From NCBI GenBank assembly GCA_023230525.1, contig JALNXE010000001.1, forward strand, positions 39,488-103,487: 64,000 bases of DNA, given 5' to 3'. Within the stretch, counting starts at the first letter, position 1; each line of letters starts with the position of its first letter. The stretch comes from Desulfobulbaceae bacterium (lineage in GTDB: Bacteria; Desulfobacterota; Desulfobulbia; Desulfobulbales; SURF-16). The notes under the pieces are model-generated. The model was not told the DNA's origin and ran no database searches. It was given only the letters and a program-made list of their open reading frames with translations. The position numbers were made by a program, and so were the translations under genes. Positions 8,028 through 17,303 of the stretch are shown here, one piece after another.

Positions 8028-9344
8028 TCATAAAGCCGTAGTGACTCCCCCTGGAAACGAAGCCTTCACCACCGGCAGTTGATCCCACCTGGTTGTATAC
8101 GCCTGGGAAAGGTATTCCCGCCTGAAAGTCCAGGACTTTTTATAGCCTGAAACAGCGTAGCGCAGCGTGTTGGAGCCCCATTTCCGGTTGATTTTGTCCT
8201 GGGCGTTCATCAAATCCTTATCGCTCTTGGTCCGGTCAAAGAGACTACGCTGCCGGCATGACTCCGGCATGATCTCCGCCAGCATGACGCCGGCTTTCTG
8301 AAAATCATATCCCGGCCGGTACAGCTCCTTGAGCCCCTTGAGTGCGTATTTTATCAAAACGGCTGTGGAAGAAGTAGGTTCCGGCAGTGTGACCATGATG
8401 CTTTTTGAATATTGCGGTTTTTCCGGCTTAAAGATGTTGGTGGCAAGAAAGACATGGAGAGAATTGGCAATTGACTGCTGAGAACGGAGCTTCTCGGCGG
8501 CCCTTGAAACGTAGGTGGCCACTGCTTCCCGCAGTTCCTCCAGTGATGTCACTGGGCGACCGAAAGACTTTGAGGTGATGATCCCCTTTTTTGCGGACGG
8601 AGCCTCCTCAATAGGAATGCATGGTATGCCGCGCAGCTCCCAGACGGTGCGCAGGCCCATGACGGTCAGATGCTTTCTCACCCAGTTGTCGTTGGCGTGT
8701 TTCAGGTCCCTGGCGGAAAAGATACCCTGGCTGTTAAGCTTTTTGGTGTACTGCCTACCGATCCCCCACACATCCGCAACCTCAATCCTCGCCAGGATTT
8801 CATCCGTATCGCCACAGCCGGTCAGATCAAAGACCCCTTGGTATTGTGGGTTCTTCTTTGCCATCCGGTTGGCGAGCTTGGCAAGGGTCTTGGTAGGGGC
8901 GAACCCGATGGAAACGGGAATGCCGGTCCATTGCCTGACCGTTTGCCGGATATGGCGACCATGTTCGGTAAGATCAAATTCCTTACCAGCCGGCAGAGAG
9001 ATAAACGCCTCGTCAATAGAATAGATCTCGACATCGGGTTCAAGGTGCTGCAAGACACTCATGACCCGATGTGACATGTCGCCGTACAGGGTGTAATTCG
9101 ATGAAAAGACCTGGACCCGGTTTTTCTTCAGGAAAGACTTTATCTTGAAATACGGCTCCGCCATCTTGATGCCGAGGGCCTTGGCCTCGTTTGACCGGGC
9201 AATGATGTTGCCGTCATTGTTTGACAGCACAACAATGGGCTTTTCCACCAGATCGGGACGGAACACCCGCTCACAGGAGACAAAGAAATTGTTGCAGTCA
9301 ACCAGGGCAACTATCCGGTTACTTTTCAAATTGATGGATGACAC
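8028..9344 (-). CDS. umuC: Y-family translesion DNA polymerase V catalytic subunit UmuC
   Basis: N-terminus IALVDCNNFFVSCERVFRPDL…VVLSNNDG and the overall Y-family layout. 438 aa, overlapping the upstream umuD. Confidence 0.9.
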   Translation of the reverse strand: MSSINLKSNRIVALVDCNNFFVSCERVFRPDLVEKPIVVLSNNDGNIIARSNEAKALGIKMAEPYFKIKSFLKKNRVQVFSSNYTLYGDMSHRVMSVLQHLEPDVEIYSIDEAFISLPAGKEFDLTEHGRHIRQTVRQWTGIPVSIGFAPTKTLAKLANRMAKKNPQYQGVFDLTGCGDTDEILARIEVADVWGIGRQYTKKLNSQGIFSARDLKHANDNWVRKHLTVMGLRTVWELRGIPCIPIEEAPSAKKGIITSKSFGRPVTSLEELREAVATYVSRAAEKLRSQQSIANSLHVFLATNIFKPEKPQYSKSIMVTLPEPTSSTAVLIKYALKGLKELYRPGYDFQKAGVMLAEIMPESCRQRSLFDRTKSDKDLMNAQDKINRKWGSNTLRYAVSGYKKSWTFRREYLSQAYTTRWDQLPVVKASFPGGVTTAL

Positions 9345-9768
9345 CGGTCACCACTCCCCATATCTCGCATTGACTCTCCTCGGTAATTTCCAGGGGCTCA
9401 TAGTTGGCGTTTTCGGCGACAAGCCGGCATGAATCATTGCTCTTTATCAACCGCTTGACAGTCAACTCACCGTTGACCGCGGCAATGACAATCCTGCCAT
9501 TGGTGGCTTCAATCGAGCGGTCAACGATCAGGATGCCGCCGTCATAGATTCCGGCGCCGGTCATGGAGTCTCCGGCCACCTTGACAAAGAAAGTAGCGGG
9601 CGGATTTTTGATCAGGAGTTCATTGAGATCAAGCAGCCGGTCGATGTAGTCATCAGCCGGGGAGGGGAAACCGGCGGACACCCCGCAGAGAAAAAGCGGA
9701 CGGACTATTTTTGTTTTCCGGCTAAAGCCGTATATCTCCGCTATCGAAGCATCCGTCTTGAGTTCCAT
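9319..9768 (-). CDS. umuD: UmuD (LexA-like S24 peptidase, polymerase V accessory subunit)
   Basis: S24 motifs (FFVKVAGDSMTGAGIYDGGILIVDRS…GELTVKRL) in a 149-aa protein immediately upstream of umuC. Confidence 0.88.
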   Translation of the reverse strand: MELKTDASIAEIYGFSRKTKIVRPLFLCGVSAGFPSPADDYIDRLLDLNELLIKNPPATFFVKVAGDSMTGAGIYDGGILIVDRSIEATNGRIVIAAVNGELTVKRLIKSNDSCRLVAENANYEPLEITEESQCEIWGVVTGVIHQFEK

Positions 9769-9769
9769 G

Positions 9770-10441
9770 TTAATTGTCCTTTATCTCGGCCAGGCAATCA
9801 GGGCTGTCGTTTTTCGGGTTGTTCACTCCGTTTCCTACCGGATAAGCGAGTATTTTACTGTCGGGAAAGGGTTTGAGCAAGGCCGGCAACCTTGCCCTGT
9901 CACTTTTCGGATCAAGCCACTGTTCATATTGGGCTTGTTCGATGATGGCTGGCATCCGGTCGTGAATCCTGCCCACGGTCATGTTGGCCCCGGTGGTGAT
10001 GATGCTGCAGGACTCGATGATCTCGTTATCCTCCCCTTGCCAATGCTCCCACAGACCAGCAAAGGCAAGGATGTCGGCATCCTTAAGCCGGATAAAATAC
10101 GGCTGCTTGATTTTGGCATTGTGCAGCCACTCATAAAAGCCCAGTGCCGGAATCAGGCAGCGGCGCTGCCTGATTCCGGCCCGAAAGGCGGGCTTGGAGG
10201 TAACAGTTTCCGCCCTGGCGTTAATCATCTTATAACCGATTTTCTTGTCCTTGGCCCAGAAAGGAATGAGGCCCCATTTAAGCATGACCAGCTCACGGTC
10301 ATGGGTGCCGGATACCACCCGCACCACCGCTATATCTGTACCCGGCGTAATATTATAGCGGGGGGTAAGATCGAGTGTATTTTTCAGGTTGAAATAGCCG
10401 GCCAGCTCTTCAAGAGTTGGCCGGGCAAAGCGTCCGCACAT
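9770..10441 (-). CDS. SOS-response-associated peptidase (SRAP/YedK family, abasic-site processing protein)
   Basis: Starts with the invariant MCGRF (catalytic Cys2). 223 aa, ending 1 nt before the umuD start, so it forms one operon with umuDC. Confidence 0.88.
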   Translation of the reverse strand: MCGRFARPTLEELAGYFNLKNTLDLTPRYNITPGTDIAVVRVVSGTHDRELVMLKWGLIPFWAKDKKIGYKMINARAETVTSKPAFRAGIRQRRCLIPALGFYEWLHNAKIKQPYFIRLKDADILAFAGLWEHWQGEDNEIIESCSIITTGANMTVGRIHDRMPAIIEQAQYEQWLDPKSDRARLPALLKPFPDSKILAYPVGNGVNNPKNDSPDCLAEIKDN

Positions 10442-10550
10442 AATATCTCACCACAGCTTGATCGGATGAATAAAGCTTGATTGGAGGATAATAACAGAAT
10501 ACCAGAGCTAGGCGCTGCATGGGCAGAATATTTTTTATGTTGAAAAGCTG

Positions 10551-10742
10551 CTATTCATTCCCGCCATCATTCAGATACGGTTCGACTTTCAAGTTATTGC
10601 GCAGCGTATCGGACTTATCGGCCACCATCCCGGCAATGGAGCCGAAGGCCTCGGCATGAAATGGCGTATAATAGCCCTTGAGGCTTTTGCGGATTTTTTT
10701 GGTCACCATAAAATCCTCCCATGCAGCAGGACAGTCGGTCAT
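10551..10742 (-). CDS. Hypothetical 63-aa protein
   Basis: The ORF start sits at exactly the position, within the 350-bp repeat, where the PLD-SNF2 helicase starts in the other copy (both begin MTD…). No recognisable domain. Confidence 0.3.
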   Translation of the reverse strand: MTDCPAAWEDFMVTKKIRKSLKGYYTPFHAEAFGSIAGMVADKSDTLRNNLKVEPYLNDGGNE

Positions 10743-11083
10743 GGGATTGCCCTAAAAGAGCTCGGTCGATCAAGTATCAGTCAAGTAGGAAAACATGCGC
10801 TATCATTTTGATATCACAGACATCATTTATTTTTCCGGATGCCTGATCCCGGTCCCAGTCAAGTACCCGTCAAGTAAACTTTTTGTTTTCTCCATTTTTA
10901 GCCTGCTCAACCTTCACTACGGTCCGAAGCGGCCCACCAAGGAACATATTTCATCAATTTAGGCGCGGCGGAAGAATCGTTAGGAACAATGGCCCGTGCC
11001 TCGGTAGCCTCCCGAATCAAACGTGAGGTCATCGAGCGGTTACGTTCTTCAATACCGAATCGTTCTCGCAGCGAGGTGTTTGT
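10734..11083. repeat. ~350-bp dispersed direct repeat, copy 1 (partner 58616-58956)
   Basis: Hand alignment shows roughly four fifths identity over the whole length. Four TCAAGTA boxes (10770, 10781, 10859, 10870) and a central palindrome are shared. Confidence 0.8.
10907..11083 (-). pseudogene. C-terminal remnant (~58 codons) of an AlbA_2/HATPase_c_4-type regulator paralogous to the 58753-60267 gene
   Basis: The minus-strand translation is …TNTSLRERFGIEERNRSMTSRLIREATEARAIVPNDSSAAPKLMKYVPWWAASDRSEG*. It aligns with the C-terminus …TNTSLRERFGIEEQNRSMASRLIRDAADARAIVPHDPSAAPKLMKYVPWWAAPD…. Similarity stops abruptly at 11083. Confidence 0.6.
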
Positions 11084-11147
11084 AGTAATATAGTATCATC
11101 TGTCTCTACCAACAAACTCCATCACATAGCACAGAACAGGAGAACCA

Positions 11148-11426
11148 ATGAACAAAAAAGAATTGATCAACCAGATAGCTGAATCAGCCAAAATAACAAA
11201 AGTAGCAGCTGATAGGGTACTCCTCGGCATGCTTGAGGCCATTACCGACTCATTGCAGAAAGGTGAGAATGTCACTCTCATTGGCTTTGGCACCTTCTCA
11301 ACAAGCAAGCGATCTGCTCGCACCGGCAGAAATCCTCAGTCTGGTAAAGCCATCAAGATTCCAGCCAAGACAGTGGTTAAGTTCAAAGCTGGAAAAAAAT
11401 TGGGAGATGAGGTGAATAACGGGTAG
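11148..11426 (+). CDS. HU/IHF-family nucleoid-associated DNA-binding protein
   Basis: MNKKELINQIAE…GFGTFSTSKRSARTGRNPQSGKAIKIPAKTVVKFKAGKKL is a canonical HU signature. 92 aa, with AGGAG-like RBS upstream. Confidence 0.9.
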   Translation: MNKKELINQIAESAKITKVAADRVLLGMLEAITDSLQKGENVTLIGFGTFSTSKRSARTGRNPQSGKAIKIPAKTVVKFKAGKKLGDEVNNG

Positions 11427-11772
11427 ATGTTAATCTGCTTGTCAGTCCGGCGTTTGTAGTAGGGATAACCCCAACATTCGTGCACAATGAGGGGCCATCT
11501 GATTAGTCAGGTTGCGGAGCGAAGAGACCTCAAAAATCTCGTAGCGTAGTAACCCTTTCCGCTGATTTTATTTTTTTCTTTTTTTTGGGGAGCGGACTCC
11601 TTGCCGGCCATCATCAATTTCGCGTTTATGCTGTCGTCCATAATAAGCATGTTGCCGAATGGAACCTATTTCATTGAAGAAAAGAAGGGGAGATTAATGT
11701 AAGGTACGGTTATGAACTGATCAGGAACCTTGAAACCGTACCTTAGAAATCCTTGCATGAAATACGATTTTC

Positions 11773-11784
11773 TGTAATATTACA
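11773..11784. promoter_or_regulatory. Perfect 12-bp palindrome TGTAATATTACA about 105 nt upstream of parA (candidate par operator/centromere-like site)
   Basis: Read directly from the sequence. A second inverted repeat, AAGGTACGGTT(11701-11711)/AACCGTACCTT(11734-11744), lies just upstream. Confidence 0.3.
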
Positions 11785-11890
11785 AATATACAAAAACGTA
11801 AAATGGAAGTTCAGGTCGTTACGGCCAATACCGCCAGCTTAACGTACTTTGCAATCCGTTTTCTGAAGTGTCCCCTAAAAGGATGGCAAT

Positions 11891-12517
11891 ATGATTATTG
11901 GACTTTTGAACCAAAAAGGTGGCGTCGGCAAAACGACGCTCAGTGTAAACCTGGCGGCTTGCCTGGCCCGCACCGGGGCGCGTGTCCTGCTGATCGATGC
12001 CGACCCTCAAGGTAGCGCTCTTGATTGGGCAGCCGCCCGTGAAAGCGAACCGCTTTTTTCCGTTGTTGGTCTGCCCAGGCCGACCCTGCATAAAGAAATC
12101 AACCAGATTGGGTACGGCTACGACCATATAATAATCGACGGCCCTGCCCGAGTTACCGATCTGGCCCGGTCGGCTATCATGGCTGCCGATTTCGTACTGA
12201 TTCCGGTGCAGCCAAGCCCTTATGATATTTGGGCGGCTGATGAAATCCTGAAGCTCATCGCCGAAGCCTCTGTTTACAAAGACAATCTTAAATCCGCTTT
12301 TGTGGTTAATCGCAAAATTACAAATACGGCTATTGGACGGGATGTGATTGAGGCTCTTGCCGCCTATCCAATACCAGTTCTGATTGCAACCATAGCCCAA
12401 CGAGTAATTTTTGCTGAAGCAGCAGCCCAAGGCAAAGCTGTTTATGAAATCAAAGAAGGGCCTGCATCGGTCGAGATCGAGGCCGTCGCAGCCGAGTTGA
12501 TGGAGTTCGTAAAATGA
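11891..12517 (+). CDS. parA: ParA-family partition ATPase (small, type Ib-like)
   Basis: Deviant Walker A ([11 protein letters not shown]) in a 208-aa protein, followed by a small overlapping RHH gene. Confidence 0.88.
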   Translation: MIIGLLNQKGGVGKTTLSVNLAACLARTGARVLLIDADPQGSALDWAAARESEPLFSVVGLPRPTLHKEINQIGYGYDHIIIDGPARVTDLARSAIMAADFVLIPVQPSPYDIWAADEILKLIAEASVYKDNLKSAFVVNRKITNTAIGRDVIEALAAYPIPVLIATIAQRVIFAEAAAQGKAVYEIKEGPASVEIEAVAAELMEFVK

Positions 12518-12750
12518 GTAGCAAAAAAATTTCGATCGGCGCTAAGCCGACCAGTAATAATACGCCGGGCACTGCCGATGAATGGGTGAAAAGCCGCACG
12601 GTCTCCGGCGAAGTCGAGCGAATGAAACGTTTAACTATTGATGTGCCGGAAAGCCTACACCGGGCAATCAAAGCAAAATGTGCAATGCGCGGTACCAAGA
12701 TCGCAGATGAAGTACGCGAACTTCTATTACAGAAATACGGAAATCTTTAA
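12514..12750 (+). CDS. Ribbon-helix-helix partition/centromere-binding protein (ParG/CopG-like)
   Basis: 78 aa. The C-terminal [34 protein letters not shown] fits an RHH fold. Start overlaps the parA stop (ATGA). Confidence 0.6.
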   Translation: MSSKKISIGAKPTSNNTPGTADEWVKSRTVSGEVERMKRLTIDVPESLHRAIKAKCAMRGTKIADEVRELLLQKYGNL

Positions 12751-12976
12751 AAGTGTATTTGTTTTTTATAAAGCGGGGGGAAATAGGGGTTAAAAACTTG
12801 TTTTTTTGTTATATCTATTTCAGAGTAGAAATAGTTTTGTCATTGATTCATGATAACAGATAACAGATGTCGCTTTTTTTTCTGGCAGTTTGGAATTCGA
12901 AGAATGATTTTTTGTCCTGGCTGTAATGATGTTGTTTCCATTTGTCTGTTTACAAAAATTGTAGGGAGAATAAATA

Positions 12977-13339
12977 ATGGGTCTTTTTAATGCGATTGAC
13001 AAATTGGTTGAGCCGATTACCAAGGGAATATTTCCTCCCGGAGAAGATAGGTTTGAAGCCACCAGTTATGTCGAGTTTCAAAGGCGCACATACAATACAG
13101 CTTTCGCTGGGGCTTCCTTTATTTTCAAAACAGTTATGGTATGTTTCGTTATTTATTTAATGATTACTGTCATATCTGGAGAAAATAAAAATATTGACCA
13201 ACGTAGTATTAAAGAACATACCCCTACATTAGCTGAAGAATACTCTAAACTCCACTTCAGCAGCGATAAAGACGAATTTTGGGACAAACTCTCGGTCAGT
13301 GAGAGAGATGAATTACGCCGCAGCCTTCACATGAAATAA
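12977..13339 (+). CDS. Hypothetical single-pass membrane protein
   Basis: 120-aa ORF with one hydrophobic helix (FIFKTVMVCFVIYLMITVI) and a GGAG-type RBS. No family recognised. Confidence 0.35.
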   Translation: MGLFNAIDKLVEPITKGIFPPGEDRFEATSYVEFQRRTYNTAFAGASFIFKTVMVCFVIYLMITVISGENKNIDQRSIKEHTPTLAEEYSKLHFSSDKDEFWDKLSVSERDELRRSLHMK

Positions 13340-13389
13340 ATAAAACAATGTTGTAGTTTTATTTACAGGCCACTGCAGCTTCCCTGTGG

Positions 13390-16300
13390 TTAATCACCTT
13401 CTAAAGGTGGTTCTCCCGCTGCTTTTCCTGCGGCCAGTCTATCCCTCGTTTTTTGATCTGCATCGTCAAGTGATCTTGCTATTCGATTTCCTATAATTGG
13501 ATCTACTACTATTTCCCTTCCGCTATCAAATTTGTGCGTTCTGTCTTCATGTAGGTTCTTCATGGCATCCGCAGCAGCGCCAGTCTTTTTGCCAATTTCT
13601 ATCGGTGAGTCAAAAGAACGATGATTAGCAGCAGGATGACCTCTGAAATCTCCAGGGCCAATACCCTCCGTCCGTCCACTCGTTGCATTTGCCCCTGGCA
13701 TTACCTGTCCTTGGACATTTGCCATTTCTTCGCCGACCTCTCTTCTGCTTGCATCAATGGTAGCATCTGCCCGAACTTTTCCGTCACCCCAAGTATAATT
13801 GCCACTATTAAGGAATCTTTCTTGATGGTCTTGTAATTGATTCATGCCGGCCGCCCCGCCGGTAGCCATGTGATTAAGGGCAGCACCTGCTTTGTCGATA
13901 TTTTCAGGGCTACTTGAACCGTAGCGACTATTTGCATACCACTCAACAAAGGCAGTTGTAGCATCGGCCCCTGTAGTTTCAGTTGTGCGGGTCATTTTGC
14001 TGGCTTCATTCAAATATGAAGCCGCTTCGGTAGCACCGATCTTATTCGCCAAGTTTGTTGCAAATTGAAGTCCTTTGCTATCACCAAAGGTTTCGGCAAT
14101 AGCTCTTTCACGGATTTGGCTTTGAGCCTCAGTGAATTTTTTGGCTGTACTTTCATCAATCGCAAAAGATAGTTGTGTGCCATCCTTTCCGGTTCCTGTC
14201 ATTGTATATTCAGTGCCCCCTTTAAACCCTGTTCCAAATGCTTTCACTCCGATACTTGCGCCTGCAGAACCAGAGATACTTTCCTGCTGCTCTTTACTCA
14301 GGCCATGGGTGAAGCCGGATTTATCCCCTAGAGCCCTCTCCCAACCAGAGGCTTCGGAATTACTCAGCTTTTGACCATAGGCACGGGATTCGCCGCTGGT
14401 ATGACCATCAGTTTGTAGCTGGCTTCTCATCTTATCCCAACTCTCATTTGTACCAAGGGCATGAGATGCCTTTTCTGTATTGATATGTACGTTCTGTTCT
14501 GAAAGAGCCATGGGAGACATCCCATTTATTTGGGCAGATGTGAGATTGGTGCCGCCATGACCGTCCGAATTAAAACTACCCTTACCCCATGCGCCGTTAA
14601 GAATCTCCACACCAGCCCCACCAGCCCCGAGGGTTGTACCTGCCAGAGTGGAACCGCTCGGCATGACAGTATTCGTTTTGCCCTGAGTCGCTTGTCCGTC
14701 AGGGCCAAGAGAAACCGATGCTTGCCCGGCTGCTGTTCCTGCCTGTTGGTTAAAGCCCTGCTTCATCTCTGCATAGTCAGCATCCGAAGTCCCTGGTGGG
14801 ATTTGCCCTGATTTTTCTAATGCTTTCCTGGCGTTCATAGAGGCGTTGTAATTACCAACCGAACTATGGATACTATTGAAAGCCTCCGACGAGGCCATGT
14901 TGGAAAACCTATGCTGTGGCATTCCTTCCAAATTTCCTGAAGCTTTAAGCTGCTGGCTCATGGCCGCCGAGGTGCCCTCCGGAGTCAACAATGACCCGGC
15001 CTGTCCTCCCGCGCCACTCACGGCGCCGCTCAAGCTCCCGGCCATCATTGCCAGGGCATGACCACCGAATTTAATCAGCATCATGGTGAAGACACTTGCC
15101 AGCATGATACCCGACGAGCGGATAATGCCGAACATGCTCAGCATCTTTTCAGACAATGCAGGAAAAGCAGCCATCGAATAAACACCTAAAGATGACTGGC
15201 GCATCTCTTCAAAGGCATATTTTGCGTAATCCATTGCCGCAGTATGAATCACTGCATCAGTGATGCCCCAGATGGTCAGGAAACAGAAAAAGCCGAACAT
15301 GGCTGACAGCGCTTTCCCGAATACAGGAGTTGGCAAGAATAAGGCAAGGAACGGAATCATGCCAATGGCAATAGCGGTCATGATCGACTTGATAATTGGT
15401 ATCCACTCGTTCATGGCAATACCAACACCAACACCTTGAGAGGTGATCTTCCGGTTTGCCTCCATGAGCATTGCTGTTTCTACATCTTCCTGATAGTAGA
15501 AAGTATAAAGAATTTCTGAAATTTGTCGTTGCTGGATGAGCTTCTCTGGTGTGACATTATTACCCGTGGTGAATTTCAGGGTGCTGGTTATAAGGTCGGT
15601 ACAGGTAGTATGTTCAAGAAGATTGCTGGAATCAAAAGAAGCCTTGCCGCATGTTTTACTGATCGCTTCCGCATAACTATTGGGATTTTGAAAAATTGGC
15701 CGGATGAGATCCCATGCTTGGGTGCAGGTTTTTGTTACACCAGCCGGTTCAATCGCATCATAATAAACTGTAAAGATTGCAGGGCTTTGAGCCTTGTCAA
15801 GTTCGGTTAAAAAATCAGTGGTGCCATTGCGGAGAGTATCAAGAGACAAAGTTGTTCCAGGCCGCATCAGTTCAAAAGTCACACAATCCTTGGTATAGCG
15901 TATCAGGCTTGTTCTGAGATGATTGTCTTTGATGTATGAGTTTCTTACCGACTCCAAAGTTTTGAAACCTATGCCACCAGCACCTCTGGAGTATTCTGAA
16001 TCGAGAGCTGCGGCTGTATCAATAATATCAACCAGCCCTCTTTCAATTTTGTTTAGTGCACCGGCTGTAAAGACAACAGCATCAGGGATTCCTCCAATAA
16101 TCATAAATCTATTGAGTGTTGGATCATAAACAGTGATATTCCCCTTGGGAACAAACAGGCCAAAATAGAGAATTATCCCGAAGAAAATAGGTAAGGCCCA
16201 GCTTAACGGGGTGGCTTGCCTGCCATTAGCTGCCTGGACAAGCCAAGATATGGCCCCGGCAAGAAAACCTAAAACCGTAACCACTGTAAACAAACCTATA

Positions 16301-16476
16301 TATCCAGCATCACTGAAGATCAGGGCCAGTCGGGTAAAGGCTTGCGTAATCGGGCCAAAACCACCGTAGGTATAGTATTCCATGTCCATAGCATAGGCAG
16401 GAGCGGCATAGAATATGGCTGCAAGCAGAAATACCAGGCACAAAATGGCAGGGAATTTGATAGTAGTTTTTTCCAT
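13390..16476 (-). CDS. traG: F-type conjugative transfer protein TraG (mating-pair stabilisation/pilus assembly)
   Basis: 1028 aa with a signal/TM-rich N-terminal half of TraG_N type and a long G/S/T-rich C-terminal half. It is last in a traF-traH-traG block. Confidence 0.85.
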   Translation of the reverse strand: MEKTTIKFPAILCLVFLLAAIFYAAPAYAMDMEYYTYGGFGPITQAFTRLALIFSDAGYIGLFTVVTVLGFLAGAISWLVQAANGRQATPLSWALPIFFGIILYFGLFVPKGNITVYDPTLNRFMIIGGIPDAVVFTAGALNKIERGLVDIIDTAAALDSEYSRGAGGIGFKTLESVRNSYIKDNHLRTSLIRYTKDCVTFELMRPGTTLSLDTLRNGTTDFLTELDKAQSPAIFTVYYDAIEPAGVTKTCTQAWDLIRPIFQNPNSYAEAISKTCGKASFDSSNLLEHTTCTDLITSTLKFTTGNNVTPEKLIQQRQISEILYTFYYQEDVETAMLMEANRKITSQGVGVGIAMNEWIPIIKSIMTAIAIGMIPFLALFLPTPVFGKALSAMFGFFCFLTIWGITDAVIHTAAMDYAKYAFEEMRQSSLGVYSMAAFPALSEKMLSMFGIIRSSGIMLASVFTMMLIKFGGHALAMMAGSLSGAVSGAGGQAGSLLTPEGTSAAMSQQLKASGNLEGMPQHRFSNMASSEAFNSIHSSVGNYNASMNARKALEKSGQIPPGTSDADYAEMKQGFNQQAGTAAGQASVSLGPDGQATQGKTNTVMPSGSTLAGTTLGAGGAGVEILNGAWGKGSFNSDGHGGTNLTSAQINGMSPMALSEQNVHINTEKASHALGTNESWDKMRSQLQTDGHTSGESRAYGQKLSNSEASGWERALGDKSGFTHGLSKEQQESISGSAGASIGVKAFGTGFKGGTEYTMTGTGKDGTQLSFAIDESTAKKFTEAQSQIRERAIAETFGDSKGLQFATNLANKIGATEAASYLNEASKMTRTTETTGADATTAFVEWYANSRYGSSSPENIDKAGAALNHMATGGAAGMNQLQDHQERFLNSGNYTWGDGKVRADATIDASRREVGEEMANVQGQVMPGANATSGRTEGIGPGDFRGHPAANHRSFDSPIEIGKKTGAAADAMKNLHEDRTHKFDSGREIVVDPIIGNRIARSLDDADQKTRDRLAAGKAAGEPPLEGD

Positions 16477-16554
16477 TGGTTTCTATTCAGTAATCCCTCT
16501 TTCCCCTGGGGTTTCAACTCTTGTTGTAATAGCTGAATACTTTTCTAAAAGTGG

Positions 16555-17163
16555 TTAGTTTCCACCGTAATTACGCTCATAGAAGTCCCTGACATCCTCT
16601 TCATTATTAATTTTATTGCCTTGTTCGTCTGTCATATTTCTTTCACCAACGACATTAAGCTTCTCTTGCAACACCTGATTTTCATCAAAAATATATGCCT
16701 TGTCGAGTTCGGCGGTATTATCGTAGAAGGTTGGTTTCGGCCCCACAACTGGCCTTGTCAAATCTTGGACTCGTCGGTATGCTGCATAGTCCGCGGCTTG
16801 TGCGTACATCTGGTTTTTCATGTCTATCACTGCTTGGTAACATGCCTCTCGTTCCTTTGGGTCTAGGTATAGTGAGCATTTCTGGGATGTTTGATCTATA
16901 GCAGCTTGCAGTCGAGCCTGTGTTCGTTGTTGCGCCTGATCTTCTCGATTTTTTTGGTTGTCCCATGCTTGTTGTTCCGCGAGAGCCAGATTGTATGCCG
17001 CTAAGGCAACCAGGTATTGATTATATTCAGCCTTTCGACCTTCAAAATACTGTTGCATCTGTGGGGCTGTAGTTTGCCCTTTCTGAAAATTCGGAGTTGC
17101 CGCAAAACTAAGGATGGGAACTGCGAATGCTAAAGTTAAAAATAGACAAATTGTTTTTTTCAT
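16555..17163 (-). CDS. Secreted hypothetical protein (signal peptide, Q-rich coiled region) between traH and traG
   Basis: MKKTICLFLTLAFAVPILSFAATP is a signal peptide. 202 aa with only 2 Cys, so it is not TraN-like. Confidence 0.45.
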   Translation of the reverse strand: MKKTICLFLTLAFAVPILSFAATPNFQKGQTTAPQMQQYFEGRKAEYNQYLVALAAYNLALAEQQAWDNQKNREDQAQQRTQARLQAAIDQTSQKCSLYLDPKEREACYQAVIDMKNQMYAQAADYAAYRRVQDLTRPVVGPKPTFYDNTAELDKAYIFDENQVLQEKLNVVGERNMTDEQGNKINNEEDVRDFYERNYGGN

Positions 17164-17303
17164 AATTCCCTTCTCCTTTGATTACATTTTTTAGAACTGA
17201 AGTGGACCTTAGAAATTCTTTTCTTGTTTTCAAAAAGAATGTCGTGAAGGCGCTTATACCCAAGGGCGGTACTGAACAGAGTCCCGTTTGTGTCGAGGTT
17301 AGA

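Noticed and set aside
7712-8088. 78-aa and 92-aa minus-strand ORFs downstream of umuC
   Set aside because: One overlaps the umuC 3' end. Neither has an RBS, motifs or plausible composition beyond a weak signal-peptide-like stretch, so there is not enough support to call a gene.
10442-10550. Looked for a LexA/SOS box upstream of the SRAP-umuDC operon
   Set aside because: There is no CTGT-N8-ACAG, and I could not recognise another LexA consensus with confidence. The host taxon, and so the relevant consensus, is unknown.
16555-17163. Considered whether the 202-aa secreted protein is a short TraN
   Set aside because: TraN proteins are several-fold larger and Cys-rich. This protein has two Cys and a Q-rich coiled region, so it is kept as hypothetical.
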